DNA from: Paludibacteraceae bacterium
GTDB lineage: Bacteria > Bacteroidota > Bacteroidia > Bacteroidales > Paludibacteraceae
NCBI GenBank assembly: GCA_045629285.1
Contig: JAZQQY010000038.1
Coordinates: 691-64,690 of the forward strand
Direction of reading: 5' to 3'
DNA: 64,000 nucleotides
The stretch's first letter is position 1; every line of letters begins with the position of its first letter. The notes under the pieces were generated by a model that had not been told where the DNA came from, made no database searches, and was given only the letters and a program-made list of their open reading frames with translations. Shown in pieces: positions 10,289 through 20,099 of the stretch. The position numbers and the translations under genes are program-made.

Positions 10289-10310
10289 CAGCGTAAAAAA
10301 AAAATAAAAA

Positions 10311-10949
10311 ATGAAACGTAAATTTTTAATGATCGTGCTTTCCGCTTTCCTATTCTCTTGCGGAAATTCAGAAAAAAAGAGTAATGAGTCTACTTCATCT
10401 GACGAGGTGCCAGCATGCTGTAAAAACAAAGGTAATGAAGCAACGTCTTCCGACAATGTGCCAGAGTGTTGCAAAAATAAAGGAATGGAAATGCTGTTTC
10501 CCTCAGAAGTGTCAGCAAAAGGTGATTCATATCTTGGCAAAGAAGTTGCCGTACGCGGTTTTGTGAAAAAAGTATGTCACTGTTCTGGTAAAAAATGTCA
10601 ATTGGCTGACAACGATGAGTCTGAAGTTTCTTTGACAGTATTTGCTAACGATGAGATTGGCAAATTTAGCCAAGAACTGACAGGCAAAAACGTGAAATAC
10701 ATCGGTGTGGTGAAAGAAAACAGAATCACTAAAGAGATGATAGCAGCATTTGAAGCAAAACAGGCTGAAGCAGCAGCAAGCGAACAGAAATCATGTTGCA
10801 GTGCAAAAAAAGAGGAGAGCGAAAGTGAACACAAACACTGTAGCAAGAGCAAGGATTACAGTGAGATGAAGAAATGGATGGAATATAATCAAAAAGACTA
10901 CTATCCAACTTATTACGTAGAGGCACAGACATTCGAAGTAATGGAATAA
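10311..10949 (+). CDS. Cys-rich lipoprotein with tandem SSD(E/N)VP(A/E)CCKNKG repeats, possible metal-binding protein
   Basis: Lipobox LFSCGN. 11 Cys in 212 aa, arranged as CC, CC, CHCxxxxC, CC and HKHC. The two 17-aa repeats lie at nt 10392..10493. Confidence 0.6.
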   Translation: MKRKFLMIVLSAFLFSCGNSEKKSNESTSSDEVPACCKNKGNEATSSDNVPECCKNKGMEMLFPSEVSAKGDSYLGKEVAVRGFVKKVCHCSGKKCQLADNDESEVSLTVFANDEIGKFSQELTGKNVKYIGVVKENRITKEMIAAFEAKQAEAAASEQKSCCSAKKEESESEHKHCSKSKDYSEMKKWMEYNQKDYYPTYYVEAQTFEVME

Positions 10950-11113
10950 TCCCATCTATCCCCCTGACAATCATTGATATTTTTGAATTAAACAAAGGAA
11001 TCCCTTTCAATTCTTTTAAGTTGTACGACTGACAAGATAGGAAGGGGACTCCAGGGGGATTATTGTGTCAAAATTTTTGAAACAACCAATTAAACATCAA
11101 CTATAGAATTCAA

Positions 11114-12475
11114 ATGAAAAAAAATTTTAGATTTCTTGCGTTAGCGGGAGTAATGTCACTTTCTCTCGGATTCACTGCGTGTGAAGACGACGAGGAGAAA
11201 GCAGAATCAACAATCAAGTCTACACTAAACATTTCACCTGATGTTGCCGACGCAATATCTGCAAAAGATATCAAGGCTTTGGCTGGAGCAAAGGTTACCT
11301 TCACAAACGTAAACTCAAAAGACGTTTACACTTTCGATGTTCCAGAATTGGATGCAGACGGATACCTTTCTCTTGATGTCAACGTCCCTGTCGGAACATA
11401 CGATATCTCTATGGAAAAAGATGTCGACGGTAAGATTATCTTCTTGAGACAACAGAATGTGACAATTAAGTCGGAAAATCAGCAGATTGAGGCAAAAATC
11501 ATCGCAACTGTTGCTAATTCAAGCGATTATCAGTTCATCTTCTCAGAACTTTTCTTCAACGGTGAAAGAAACGGAGGAAGAATGATGCACCCAGACCAGT
11601 TTATGGTGCTCTACAACCCTACAGACAAAGTGCTTTACGCTGATGGTCTTGCCGTAGGTTGTACAATGCAAGCTTCATGCACAGAAAAGGAAAGCTGGTA
11701 CGATGAGTTTTATGGTAAAAACTTAGTGCCTGTTCACGGAATCATTGTGATCCCAGGTTCAGGTTACGATGTTCCTGTTAAGCCTCACGACAAGATTGTC
11801 ATCGCCTTCACAGCTATCAACCACACTGCTACAGAAGGAAAGGACCCTATAGTAAAGCGTGATACTACTTTTGCAGCTGATGGAAGTGTTGAGAGCGTAA
11901 AGGTCGACACTATTGGATGGGACGGATACACATACGACAATGCCATCGACTTGAGTGGAGCCGACTACGAAATCTATGATCCACAACTTTATACAAGCGA
12001 CGTAGATAATCCAAACGTTCCTAATGTGAAGGAAATTTATCCTGCAGAGGATGACCTTGGCGGAATCGGTGGTTTCTACCAGCATCCAAGAGGTTTCTAC
12101 AATGCTTTCATATTCAAGTTGAAGAACGGCAATCAGGAGACACTTGACGCATTCTTCGCAGAACACTCAGGTGTTGCCACAGTACAGGATAAAGAAAACA
12201 ACAACGTAGAAATCAAAATGTTGAGTGTCCCTACTTCTATGATCCTTGACGGTATCACAACAGGTCACATCCCTTCTGGTATCGTGACAAATCCTCTTCC
12301 TCAAACTGTTGACCGTGGAGAGCAGTTGGTAAAGGGATGCCACAGTGGTTTACTTGTGAAACGTAAAGGAAACGACAAAGACGGATACGCCGACACTAAC
12401 GACTCTTCTGTTGACTGCGAAATTCTTTCGCCTCACAAAGATTATGTCGGTTATCCAGAAGGATGGAGAAAATAA
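11114..12475 (+). CDS. DUF4876-like surface lipoprotein
   Basis: Lipobox LGFTACEDD. The segment IFSELFFNG...DQFMVLYNPTDKVLYADGLAV resembles a lamin-tail-type fold signature. Family assignment is from memory of the DUF4876 / TonB receptor / DUF6850 gene neighbourhood and has not been searched. Confidence 0.6.
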   Translation: MKKNFRFLALAGVMSLSLGFTACEDDEEKAESTIKSTLNISPDVADAISAKDIKALAGAKVTFTNVNSKDVYTFDVPELDADGYLSLDVNVPVGTYDISMEKDVDGKIIFLRQQNVTIKSENQQIEAKIIATVANSSDYQFIFSELFFNGERNGGRMMHPDQFMVLYNPTDKVLYADGLAVGCTMQASCTEKESWYDEFYGKNLVPVHGIIVIPGSGYDVPVKPHDKIVIAFTAINHTATEGKDPIVKRDTTFAADGSVESVKVDTIGWDGYTYDNAIDLSGADYEIYDPQLYTSDVDNPNVPNVKEIYPAEDDLGGIGGFYQHPRGFYNAFIFKLKNGNQETLDAFFAEHSGVATVQDKENNNVEIKMLSVPTSMILDGITTGHIPSGIVTNPLPQTVDRGEQLVKGCHSGLLVKRKGNDKDGYADTNDSSVDCEILSPHKDYVGYPEGWRK

Positions 12476-12524
12476 TCTGAGTTTTTTACTCAGGGATGTA
12501 AATACCATTTTTTCAACTACTTCT

Positions 12525-12560
12525 AATCCGGGATGAATACATGTTTCATCCCGGATTTTT
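12525..12560 (+). terminator. strong intra-locus hairpin (terminator or attenuator)
   Basis: Perfect 13-bp stem AATCCGGGATGAA / TTCATCCCGGATT with a 7-nt loop, followed by TTTTC. It covers the track's ATG at 12541. Confidence 0.6.
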
Positions 12561-12579
12561 CAAAAAGACTATTGATATA

Positions 12580-15435
12580 ATGTCGAATTACAAAACATTT
12601 GAAATACTTACATTGAGCTTCCTATTTCTTTTTGGATCTCTGCTCAACGCCTTTTCTCAAGCCATAGAAAATGGCAACGTCCATAACAAATACTTCAAAA
12701 TAAGCGGAAACATCACATCCAACGATGGTCCTATCCCATTCGCATACGTTTCTATCGATGAACTACAAATGAATACAGTGGCCGATGAAAACGGACATTT
12801 TGAATTCAAACGCATACCAGTAGGAACTTATAAAATTGAAACTCAAAATCTTGGCTACGTCGACGCAAAGAAAACCGTCACTGTGGCAAACGAGGATATA
12901 AACATAAACATCAGACTGAAAAATGCCGTCTACGAATTAGAGCAAGTCACCGTGATGGCCAAACAAGCCCAACGCAATAAATTGGAAGTGAACGAAACAG
13001 CTATCGAATATGTCCAACCTGTTTCGCTTTCTGATGTCATGATTCTGCTGCCTGGAAACCTTTATCAGCAAAACGCACTTACTGGATTTTCCCTCAACTC
13101 AAACCGTCAGGCTGGAAGCGACCAGAATACATCTTTAGGAATCGGTCTGACTTCCGACGGTGTGCCACAAACTTCCGACGGATTACGTACACAGATGGTA
13201 GGTGTGACATCAAACAGAGGTGATGGATCAGGCGGTGACAACCAAATCAAAAACCGTTCGAGCATCAACTCCGGCTCCGACCTCAGATATGTCTCCACCG
13301 ACCATATCCACAGCATCGAATACACAAAAGGTATCAGTTCGCCACGTTATGGCAATCTGTCGAGCGGAATGATTAAAGTGAACTCCAAAATGGGAGTCTC
13401 TCCTTTGCGCATCAGAACTAAACTGGACCTGAAAAACAAACTTGTCTACGCTGGAAAAGGTTTTAAACTTGGAGATAAAGCCGGAACTCTTTATGCAGGC
13501 GCTGACTATCTGCACGCAGTGGATGATATACGTGACGAGATGGATAAATTCACACGTATCACCGCCCAAACTTATTACAACAACAAATTCAAATTGGGCG
13601 ATAGCTATTCGTTGGATTTGGACGCAAAAATTGCCCAGACCATTTCTGCCAATAAAATGAAAAAGGATGAGCTTACCTACGAATACAACGAGACTTATAA
13701 GGCTGACTACAACAAAACAGACCTTATGGTGAAAGGCAAACTGAATCTTGGCTTGGCTTGGATCGATAATATCGAATGGATCAACTCTCTCAATCGCGTC
13801 GACGACAGAATAGACCGTCACTACTGTGTGATCACAGCTAGTCCCAAAAGTATGCCAAAATCCTACGAGGAGGGTGAACACGAAGGTTACTATCTTCCGA
13901 CTATGTACTACAGCGACTATTATGTGGAAAATACTCCTATCAATTTCTACACTCAGCTTAATCTGAACAGCCGTTTATCATTCAATAAAAAATGGATTCT
14001 CAACCTTGAATACGGCGCGGATTATCATTCAAGCAAAAATAAAGGAGACGGTGCAGTGATTGAAAATCCTGAAATGCCTCCTTTCCCTGGCAACAACACC
14101 TATATGCGTCCACGCCCCAACTGGAGCATTCCTGCGTTGGAAGTGTTCGGTGCTTATCTGCAAGCTGTTCTGACTTTCAGACCCACATCGACACAATCAT
14201 TTAAATTAGAGGCAGGTGGACGTCTCACCGAAATGCTGAATCTTCCCGATGACTATGCTCTGAACCATAAAGTCCTTACCGAACCACGCTTGAATTTCAG
14301 CTATCTCTTTGGCAAAAAATTCAGAAACAATTTTCGCTTGGGATACGGTGAGGAAAACAAACTTCCGACTTTGGACTATCTCTATCCCGACAAAACATAC
14401 AAAGATTTCTGGGTGCTGAACGCTTACACAAACAATCCCGACTATAGACATCTGATCACTTACACTCAAATTTACGACGCGACAAACAAGGAAATCCGAG
14501 AAAACAAAAACCAAAAAATGGAAGTCGGATACGACGCTAAACTCAATGATTTCGAACTGTCCGTGACAGCTTTCCACGAATTCAGCAACAGCGGTTTCGA
14601 ATACTTCACTTTCTATGCTCCTGTGACGTATCCATACTACAATCAGCTAAAAGACGATGCTGACATTTCCAACAAAAAACCCGACAAGGAGGATTACGTA
14701 GCCTCTTCATTCAGTGAATTCACATCATACAGACAAGTGAAAAACAGCAAAAAAATTGTGAAGAACGGTATCGAATATCGTTTGATTTTTCCTAAGTTGA
14801 AAGCCATTCAAACAAACTTGGAAATCAACGGCGCGTATTATAAAACAACGTATAGCACTAATCAGCCTGACTATTTCTATCCAAACAGCAAAGTGGGTGA
14901 CAGCATGTATCCATACGTCGGATTATATGATCTGGACAGCAAAACCATAAAACAGCAATTCAATACAAACTTCTGGTTTAACACCCATATTCCAAAATTC
15001 AGACTCATCTTCACAAACTTCTTCCAGCTTGTGTGGTTCCAGACAGAACAAAAGACCGACAACTTCGATGGAATATACAAAAAAGTGCCATACGCCTACA
15101 TCGACTTCAATGGACTCACTCACACTGTGACTGAAGAAGAACTGGCAAAAATCTATTCAAAAGAAGAGACACAATGGTTCCAACTTCTCAGACAAAGCAC
15201 AACAAGTAAGTATGAGACAGAAAAAAAACCAATTTATCTCCTCTGGAATATAAAAGCGACAAAAGAATTAAACGACATGGTCAAACTTTCTTTCTTCGTC
15301 AATGGAATACTGGATGTCCATCCTAAATATGTGAGTGATAAAAGTTCCACTACAAAACGAGAATGGAGCAATCCTTTTTTTGGAATGGAGATGGTTATGA
15401 CTGTCGGAAAAACTAAAAAAGCAGAAGAAAAATGA
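12580..15435 (+). CDS. TonB-dependent receptor with N-terminal carboxypeptidase-regulatory-like domain
   Basis: Signal peptide MSNYKTFEILTLSFLFLFGSLLNAFSQA. CarboxypepD_reg-like segment ISGNITSNDGPIPFAYVSI...ADENGHFEFKRIPVGTYKI, then a plug and a long beta-barrel. I moved the start to ATG 12580 because 12541 lies inside the hairpin. Confidence 0.85.
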   Translation: MSNYKTFEILTLSFLFLFGSLLNAFSQAIENGNVHNKYFKISGNITSNDGPIPFAYVSIDELQMNTVADENGHFEFKRIPVGTYKIETQNLGYVDAKKTVTVANEDININIRLKNAVYELEQVTVMAKQAQRNKLEVNETAIEYVQPVSLSDVMILLPGNLYQQNALTGFSLNSNRQAGSDQNTSLGIGLTSDGVPQTSDGLRTQMVGVTSNRGDGSGGDNQIKNRSSINSGSDLRYVSTDHIHSIEYTKGISSPRYGNLSSGMIKVNSKMGVSPLRIRTKLDLKNKLVYAGKGFKLGDKAGTLYAGADYLHAVDDIRDEMDKFTRITAQTYYNNKFKLGDSYSLDLDAKIAQTISANKMKKDELTYEYNETYKADYNKTDLMVKGKLNLGLAWIDNIEWINSLNRVDDRIDRHYCVITASPKSMPKSYEEGEHEGYYLPTMYYSDYYVENTPINFYTQLNLNSRLSFNKKWILNLEYGADYHSSKNKGDGAVIENPEMPPFPGNNTYMRPRPNWSIPALEVFGAYLQAVLTFRPTSTQSFKLEAGGRLTEMLNLPDDYALNHKVLTEPRLNFSYLFGKKFRNNFRLGYGEENKLPTLDYLYPDKTYKDFWVLNAYTNNPDYRHLITYTQIYDATNKEIRENKNQKMEVGYDAKLNDFELSVTAFHEFSNSGFEYFTFYAPVTYPYYNQLKDDADISNKKPDKEDYVASSFSEFTSYRQVKNSKKIVKNGIEYRLIFPKLKAIQTNLEINGAYYKTTYSTNQPDYFYPNSKVGDSMYPYVGLYDLDSKTIKQQFNTNFWFNTHIPKFRLIFTNFFQLVWFQTEQKTDNFDGIYKKVPYAYIDFNGLTHTVTEEELAKIYSKEETQWFQLLRQSTTSKYETEKKPIYLLWNIKATKELNDMVKLSFFVNGILDVHPKYVSDKSSTTKREWSNPFFGMEMVMTVGKTKKAEEK

Positions 15436-17123
15436 TCAAAAAACTACTATCATACACAATATTAGCCATTTTCTCGACATTCGTTTTGCCTATTTACGGA
15501 CAGGACGCCCCTATATATGAATGGCAAACCAACTCTCTTTCTCCCTCAGAAAGCAGATGGACGGAGGTGGCATCCTCTATCGACTCAAGGATAACCTCGT
15601 CGCTACGGCTTCATCCCGTCTACCATGCAATGATGAATGCTGAAAATGCTTCAGCCCTGTCGGAACATAATAAACAAAATATCGTGCTGACCTCCGTTGG
15701 CTCTGGCGAAATAGACGGAGATTTTCTTCCCTACGAAGGGAAAGCCTATAAAAACTGGAGACTTTTCGGACACGGATGCCATAATTTCGGAAAACATGGC
15801 ACGCTTTACGGAACTATCCAATATGCAAGGGGAACACACAAAGAAATTAGTTGGAGCGCTATGCGTTTTCCTGAACTTTACTGGCCATACACGTTGACCG
15901 ACTCAACAGGTGGAGACAGCAAATTCGAGTATTACGGAATAGAAGGAGGCTACGGCGTGAAACTCCGAAAGGTATATTTCGGTGTCATTGCCCAATTCGA
16001 CGGTGAGTTGGCCCACAGAATGACTGACCCACGTCTGAAAAACAACACGACATTCCTTCAGCTTGGTTTCAACGCAGGATATATCTCTCCTAAAGGACAA
16101 CGTCTGATGGCGGAAGCCAAATATCTACGCAACAAAGAGCATGAGAGCGACAGCTATTGGAGACCAGGCGAACAACAACGCTTCTTCACATTGTATGGAT
16201 TCGGACTCTACGACAATAAAAGGAGCACCGTCTCCGGCGGCAGATCACGAATGTACTACATCAACGGATTCAAATCTCATCTTTCGTATGCGTCGCCAAC
16301 AGAAAAAAAATTATGCACAACTATTAATTTAGGATGGGACATAAACAAAATGGATGCCGAGGAAAGCGACTTTACAAGTCCGTATGGAAGCCGTACGACA
16401 ACTCTCTCACCACAAATCGAATTTAAATGGAAAATCAACGAAAACAATGTGGTCTCACTGTTGAGCGACAACAATCTTGAAAAAAGATTAGGCTACGAAC
16501 GTGTGTTTGAAAAATATGTAACAAACACCGCAACGTCGACCTACGATTATCGGCAAATCGCAGAAAACCAATACTACTCTTTGTATACACGACAAGGATT
16601 AAACGCTGTCAGATATTCCGTCTCTTTCGGCAAACACAATACAATAGGGCTTCAATACGGCATGGGTTATTTCTACAGAAGTGAAAAAAACTCGTTCTAC
16701 GACTTCTCTGTAGTTAATAAAAATATTGTCTTTTTGCCACGTATTGATTATAAACTGTCTGCAAAAAAACATGAACTCTCGGCATGCTTCAACTGGGGTC
16801 GTCAAAAAATCAAACAGCACGAATATGATGTGGATATAAAAATGTCAAGCATCCAACATCTTGATTTTCAAACCTGCTTCGCCCCCTACGCATACTATGC
16901 ATCTGAATACGACTTGATTGCGGCGGACCTGACATACATCTTCCATTTCAAAAAGTGTGGCCTTGGAATGCGTCTGAAGTATATGAATATCTCTGGCCAC
17001 AGACTTAATGATGTGGAATATACCAAAGAAATCGGCTTCAATTCGATCTGCCCGATGATTTCAGCTCAATCAGACATCCATGACGAACATTGGTGTAATG
17101 GATCGATTTTCATCCTGTTCTAA
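15432..17123 (+). CDS. outer-membrane beta-barrel protein (DUF6850-like)
   Basis: ATGA overlap with the upstream receptor gene. Signal peptide, alternating aromatic/polar strands, and a C-terminal ...GSIFILF ending in Phe. Confidence 0.6.
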   Translation: MIKKLLSYTILAIFSTFVLPIYGQDAPIYEWQTNSLSPSESRWTEVASSIDSRITSSLRLHPVYHAMMNAENASALSEHNKQNIVLTSVGSGEIDGDFLPYEGKAYKNWRLFGHGCHNFGKHGTLYGTIQYARGTHKEISWSAMRFPELYWPYTLTDSTGGDSKFEYYGIEGGYGVKLRKVYFGVIAQFDGELAHRMTDPRLKNNTTFLQLGFNAGYISPKGQRLMAEAKYLRNKEHESDSYWRPGEQQRFFTLYGFGLYDNKRSTVSGGRSRMYYINGFKSHLSYASPTEKKLCTTINLGWDINKMDAEESDFTSPYGSRTTTLSPQIEFKWKINENNVVSLLSDNNLEKRLGYERVFEKYVTNTATSTYDYRQIAENQYYSLYTRQGLNAVRYSVSFGKHNTIGLQYGMGYFYRSEKNSFYDFSVVNKNIVFLPRIDYKLSAKKHELSACFNWGRQKIKQHEYDVDIKMSSIQHLDFQTCFAPYAYYASEYDLIAADLTYIFHFKKCGLGMRLKYMNISGHRLNDVEYTKEIGFNSICPMISAQSDIHDEHWCNGSIFILF

Positions 17124-17167
17124 AATTCCATTCCCAATTATTTATCTTTACATAAGAGACATAATAT

Positions 17168-19162
17168 ATGAATAAGAAAATACATTTAAAAAGACTTATA
17201 AGTTTTGCACTCTTTCTCACGATACCTCACACATACGTATGCGGACAAGACAATGATATTGATTCCTCTGTCGATCTGGACGAGATTGTGATCAAAGCAT
17301 ATAGTGGAAATGAGAAAAAAGACAAAGTGAACCAAATCGAAGTTATCGGATCAAGCCAACTCGTCAGGGCAGCCTGCTGCAACTTAGGGGAGTCGTTCAC
17401 AACAAACCCCTCAGTAGATGCGACTTACAGTGATGCCGCGACGGGAGCTAAACAGATCAAACTGCTTGGTCTAAATGGCAAATACGTCCAGATGCTGACT
17501 GAAAATATCCCGAACCTTCGTGGTGCGGCGATCCCTTACGGACTCAGTTATATCCCCGGCACATGGATGCGTTCCATCCAAGTGAGCAAAGGCGCGTCAA
17601 GTGTGAAAAACGGATATGAAAGTACAACAGGACAAATTAATATAGAATTCAAGAAACCTCAGGATGAAGAAGAAATAAACGGAAATTTGTTTCTCAACTC
17701 TAGCTTGAAATATGAGGCAAACGCAGATGGCAATATTCATCTCAACGACCGTCTGTCGACCAACCTGCTTCTCCATTTTGAAAACCAGCAAATGGAGCAT
17801 GACGGCAACGATGATAATTTCATGGACATTCCCCGCAACAGTCAATATAATCTCGGCCACAGATGGGCTTTTATATCCCGTAAATTCATAAGCCAACTTA
17901 TGTTCAATTTTCTTCACGACGAACGAGAAAGCGGCATGATAAAGTCTGACAGAAATATTTATGATATTCCCCTCTACCGTATCGGCATAGAGACTAACCG
18001 ATACGCATTCCAATGGAAAAATGCCTTGTTCTTGAATTCAGAGAAAAACTCTTCCGTCGCCCTTATGCTTCACGGATCTTGGCATGATGCAGACAATAAT
18101 TTTGGAAACACCTACTATGATGTCACTCAAAAAAATGGATATGCCCAACTTATGTATGAGACAGATTTTTCTGAGAGACACAGTCTTTCCACTGGCATAT
18201 CTCTTAATTGTGATAAATACGATGAAGCCTCATCATTGTTCTTGTCTGATAAAACCATCGACAAGGAAATAGTTTCTGGAATATATACCCAATACACATA
18301 TAAATTGCACAGTAAACTGACGGCTATGGCTGGCATGCGCTGGGATTTTTCCTCTAAATTCGATGGATTTTTCACACCACGTGTCCACCTCAAATATTCA
18401 CCATCGGAAAAGGTTACTTTTCGCGCATCTGTGGGAAAAGGAAGACGAACACCACATTGTTTGGCAGAAAACTCACACTTGCTGGTCTCTGGCAGAAACT
18501 TCTACTTTGAAAAAAATATGAAACAGGAAGAGGCGTGGAATTATGGCTTCTCCACTAATTTTACCTTCCCTATACATGATAAAAATCTTGAGGTGAATGC
18601 AGAATATTATTTTACTGATTTTCAAAATAGTATGGTTGTGAATGTCGACGGAATGAATGGAGCTTATACCGTATCATTTGAAAATCTGGATGGAAAAAAC
18701 TACAGCCACACAGTACAACTAGATGTGACATATCCTTTTGGAGAAATTCTGGATGTGACCGCAGCCTGCCGCTTCAATGATGTCCGCACTACTTTCGATG
18801 GCATACTTTACACCCAACCGTTAACCTCCCGTATTAAAGGATTGCTTACAATGGGATTTAAATCAAAACTTGATATTTGGCATTTTGATATAACTGGCCA
18901 GATTAACGGAAAAGGCAAATTATATGATCAGTCTTCTTATCCTGCCTTTTTCCAGCTGCAGGCACAAATATCAAGAGAATTCCGTCATTTTACAGTATAT
19001 GTCGGAGGAGAAAACCTGACAGCTTATAAAATGAGCCATCCTGTCATTGCCGCTGATAATCCTTGGAGTGATCAGTTTGACGCGACGCAGGTGTGGGGCC
19101 CCACTCACGGAGCCATGGCATACGCTGGACTACGGTTTAACTTTAGGAAAAAAACAAATTAA
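17168..19162 (+). CDS. TonB-dependent receptor (664 aa)
   Basis: Signal peptide, then plug region DLDEIVIKA...SQLVRAACCNLGESFTTNPSVD...QIKLLGLNGKYVQMLTEN, then a barrel ending ...YAGLRFNF. Confidence 0.85.
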   Translation: MNKKIHLKRLISFALFLTIPHTYVCGQDNDIDSSVDLDEIVIKAYSGNEKKDKVNQIEVIGSSQLVRAACCNLGESFTTNPSVDATYSDAATGAKQIKLLGLNGKYVQMLTENIPNLRGAAIPYGLSYIPGTWMRSIQVSKGASSVKNGYESTTGQINIEFKKPQDEEEINGNLFLNSSLKYEANADGNIHLNDRLSTNLLLHFENQQMEHDGNDDNFMDIPRNSQYNLGHRWAFISRKFISQLMFNFLHDERESGMIKSDRNIYDIPLYRIGIETNRYAFQWKNALFLNSEKNSSVALMLHGSWHDADNNFGNTYYDVTQKNGYAQLMYETDFSERHSLSTGISLNCDKYDEASSLFLSDKTIDKEIVSGIYTQYTYKLHSKLTAMAGMRWDFSSKFDGFFTPRVHLKYSPSEKVTFRASVGKGRRTPHCLAENSHLLVSGRNFYFEKNMKQEEAWNYGFSTNFTFPIHDKNLEVNAEYYFTDFQNSMVVNVDGMNGAYTVSFENLDGKNYSHTVQLDVTYPFGEILDVTAACRFNDVRTTFDGILYTQPLTSRIKGLLTMGFKSKLDIWHFDITGQINGKGKLYDQSSYPAFFQLQAQISREFRHFTVYVGGENLTAYKMSHPVIAADNPWSDQFDATQVWGPTHGAMAYAGLRFNFRKKTN

Positions 19163-19172
19163 TTAAAAAGAT

Positions 19173-19475
19173 ATGAAAAAACTATTTTTAGCACCTGCAC
19201 TGTGTGCCTTTGTAGGAGATGTTTTTGCAGGAAACGACGCAAAAGATTCACAGTTGGACACATTAGTTGTGACGACACAACCCGTCATGCATTGTTCTAA
19301 ATGTGAAAACAAAATCAAGTCTAACATTCGTTTCGTGAAGGGAACCAAATCAATTGAGACATCTGTTCCCGATCAAAAAGTGACAATCATCTACAATAAC
19401 AAAAAATCTTCTTTGGAGGATTTCAAAAAAGAATTCAAAAGAATTGGTTATGAAATAACTGTTTTGCCTAAATAG
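19173..19475 (+). CDS. secreted heavy-metal-associated (HMA) domain protein
   Basis: Signal peptide, then TTQPVMHCSKCENKIKSNI (MxCxxC metal-binding loop) and a ferredoxin-like remainder. It starts 10 nt after the receptor gene. Confidence 0.8.
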   Translation: MKKLFLAPALCAFVGDVFAGNDAKDSQLDTLVVTTQPVMHCSKCENKIKSNIRFVKGTKSIETSVPDQKVTIIYNNKKSSLEDFKKEFKRIGYEITVLPK

Positions 19476-19513
19476 CAGACAGTAAATTCTTTTTTCATGT
19501 TTTATTTTTCAAA

Positions 19514-19540
19514 GGCTGTGAGGTGATCACAGCTTTTTTT
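19514..19540 (+). terminator. Rho-independent terminator ending the transport locus
   Basis: GCTGTGA / TCACAGC stem followed by TTTTTTT. Confidence 0.7.
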
Positions 19541-20099
19541 GTTAAAAAGATGAAAACAGACGTATTACCAAAAAATACAACGAGGAAATCGACGAAAAAC
19601 ATGCATGGGATTAACCCCACTAAGCTCTAACGAGCCCATCATGGGATGAATGGGAAGATCATGAATAATTAATGCATAAACGATTAATGTGTATTCATAA
19701 TTTGGCTGAATTTTGATGTCAAGTGACGAATCGTGAACCTGATGTGATGAAATGCAATTTTAAATCCATAAAATTAAGTGGTAATTTTTGTATAAATATT
19801 GGCCTAAACGTACTCTAATACATCGCAAAAACCGAATAATTCTTAAAAAATGTAAAAAAATATGTTAAATGAGGATTTTTATGACTTTTCTCTATGCTTA
19901 ATGTGTATAAATTTTTATTCCTTTGCGACGTCTCTGAAAAAACTGCGCTTTAGCGGTGTTTTTGAGACAAAGGGTTTTGATGTTAGAGAGGTTGATTTAA
20001 TATTAGATGTGAATAGCTGTTTTGCCTGTTTATTAGTTGATGTATGTGTAGGTGATAGAGGCTGATGAAAGAGGGTTTGATGGCATATTAGGATAAACG

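Noticed and set aside
10958-11060. 9-bp inverted repeat ATCCCCCTG / CAGGGGGAT enclosing 85 nt upstream of the DUF4876-like gene, as a riboswitch or structured leader
   Set aside because: I recognised no known riboswitch core, and the internal pairing is weak. It is kept only as a possible terminator or leader structure that needs covariance evidence.
19541-20099. Possible invertible promoter (fimbrial phase switch) and small ORF 19862..20065 upstream of the pilus locus
   Set aside because: Only short 7-bp inverted repeats (ATGAATA/TATTCAT) were found by eye, and there is no recombinase gene nearby. The 67-aa ORF is Cys/Phe-rich with no support. A computational inverted-repeat search could still overturn this.
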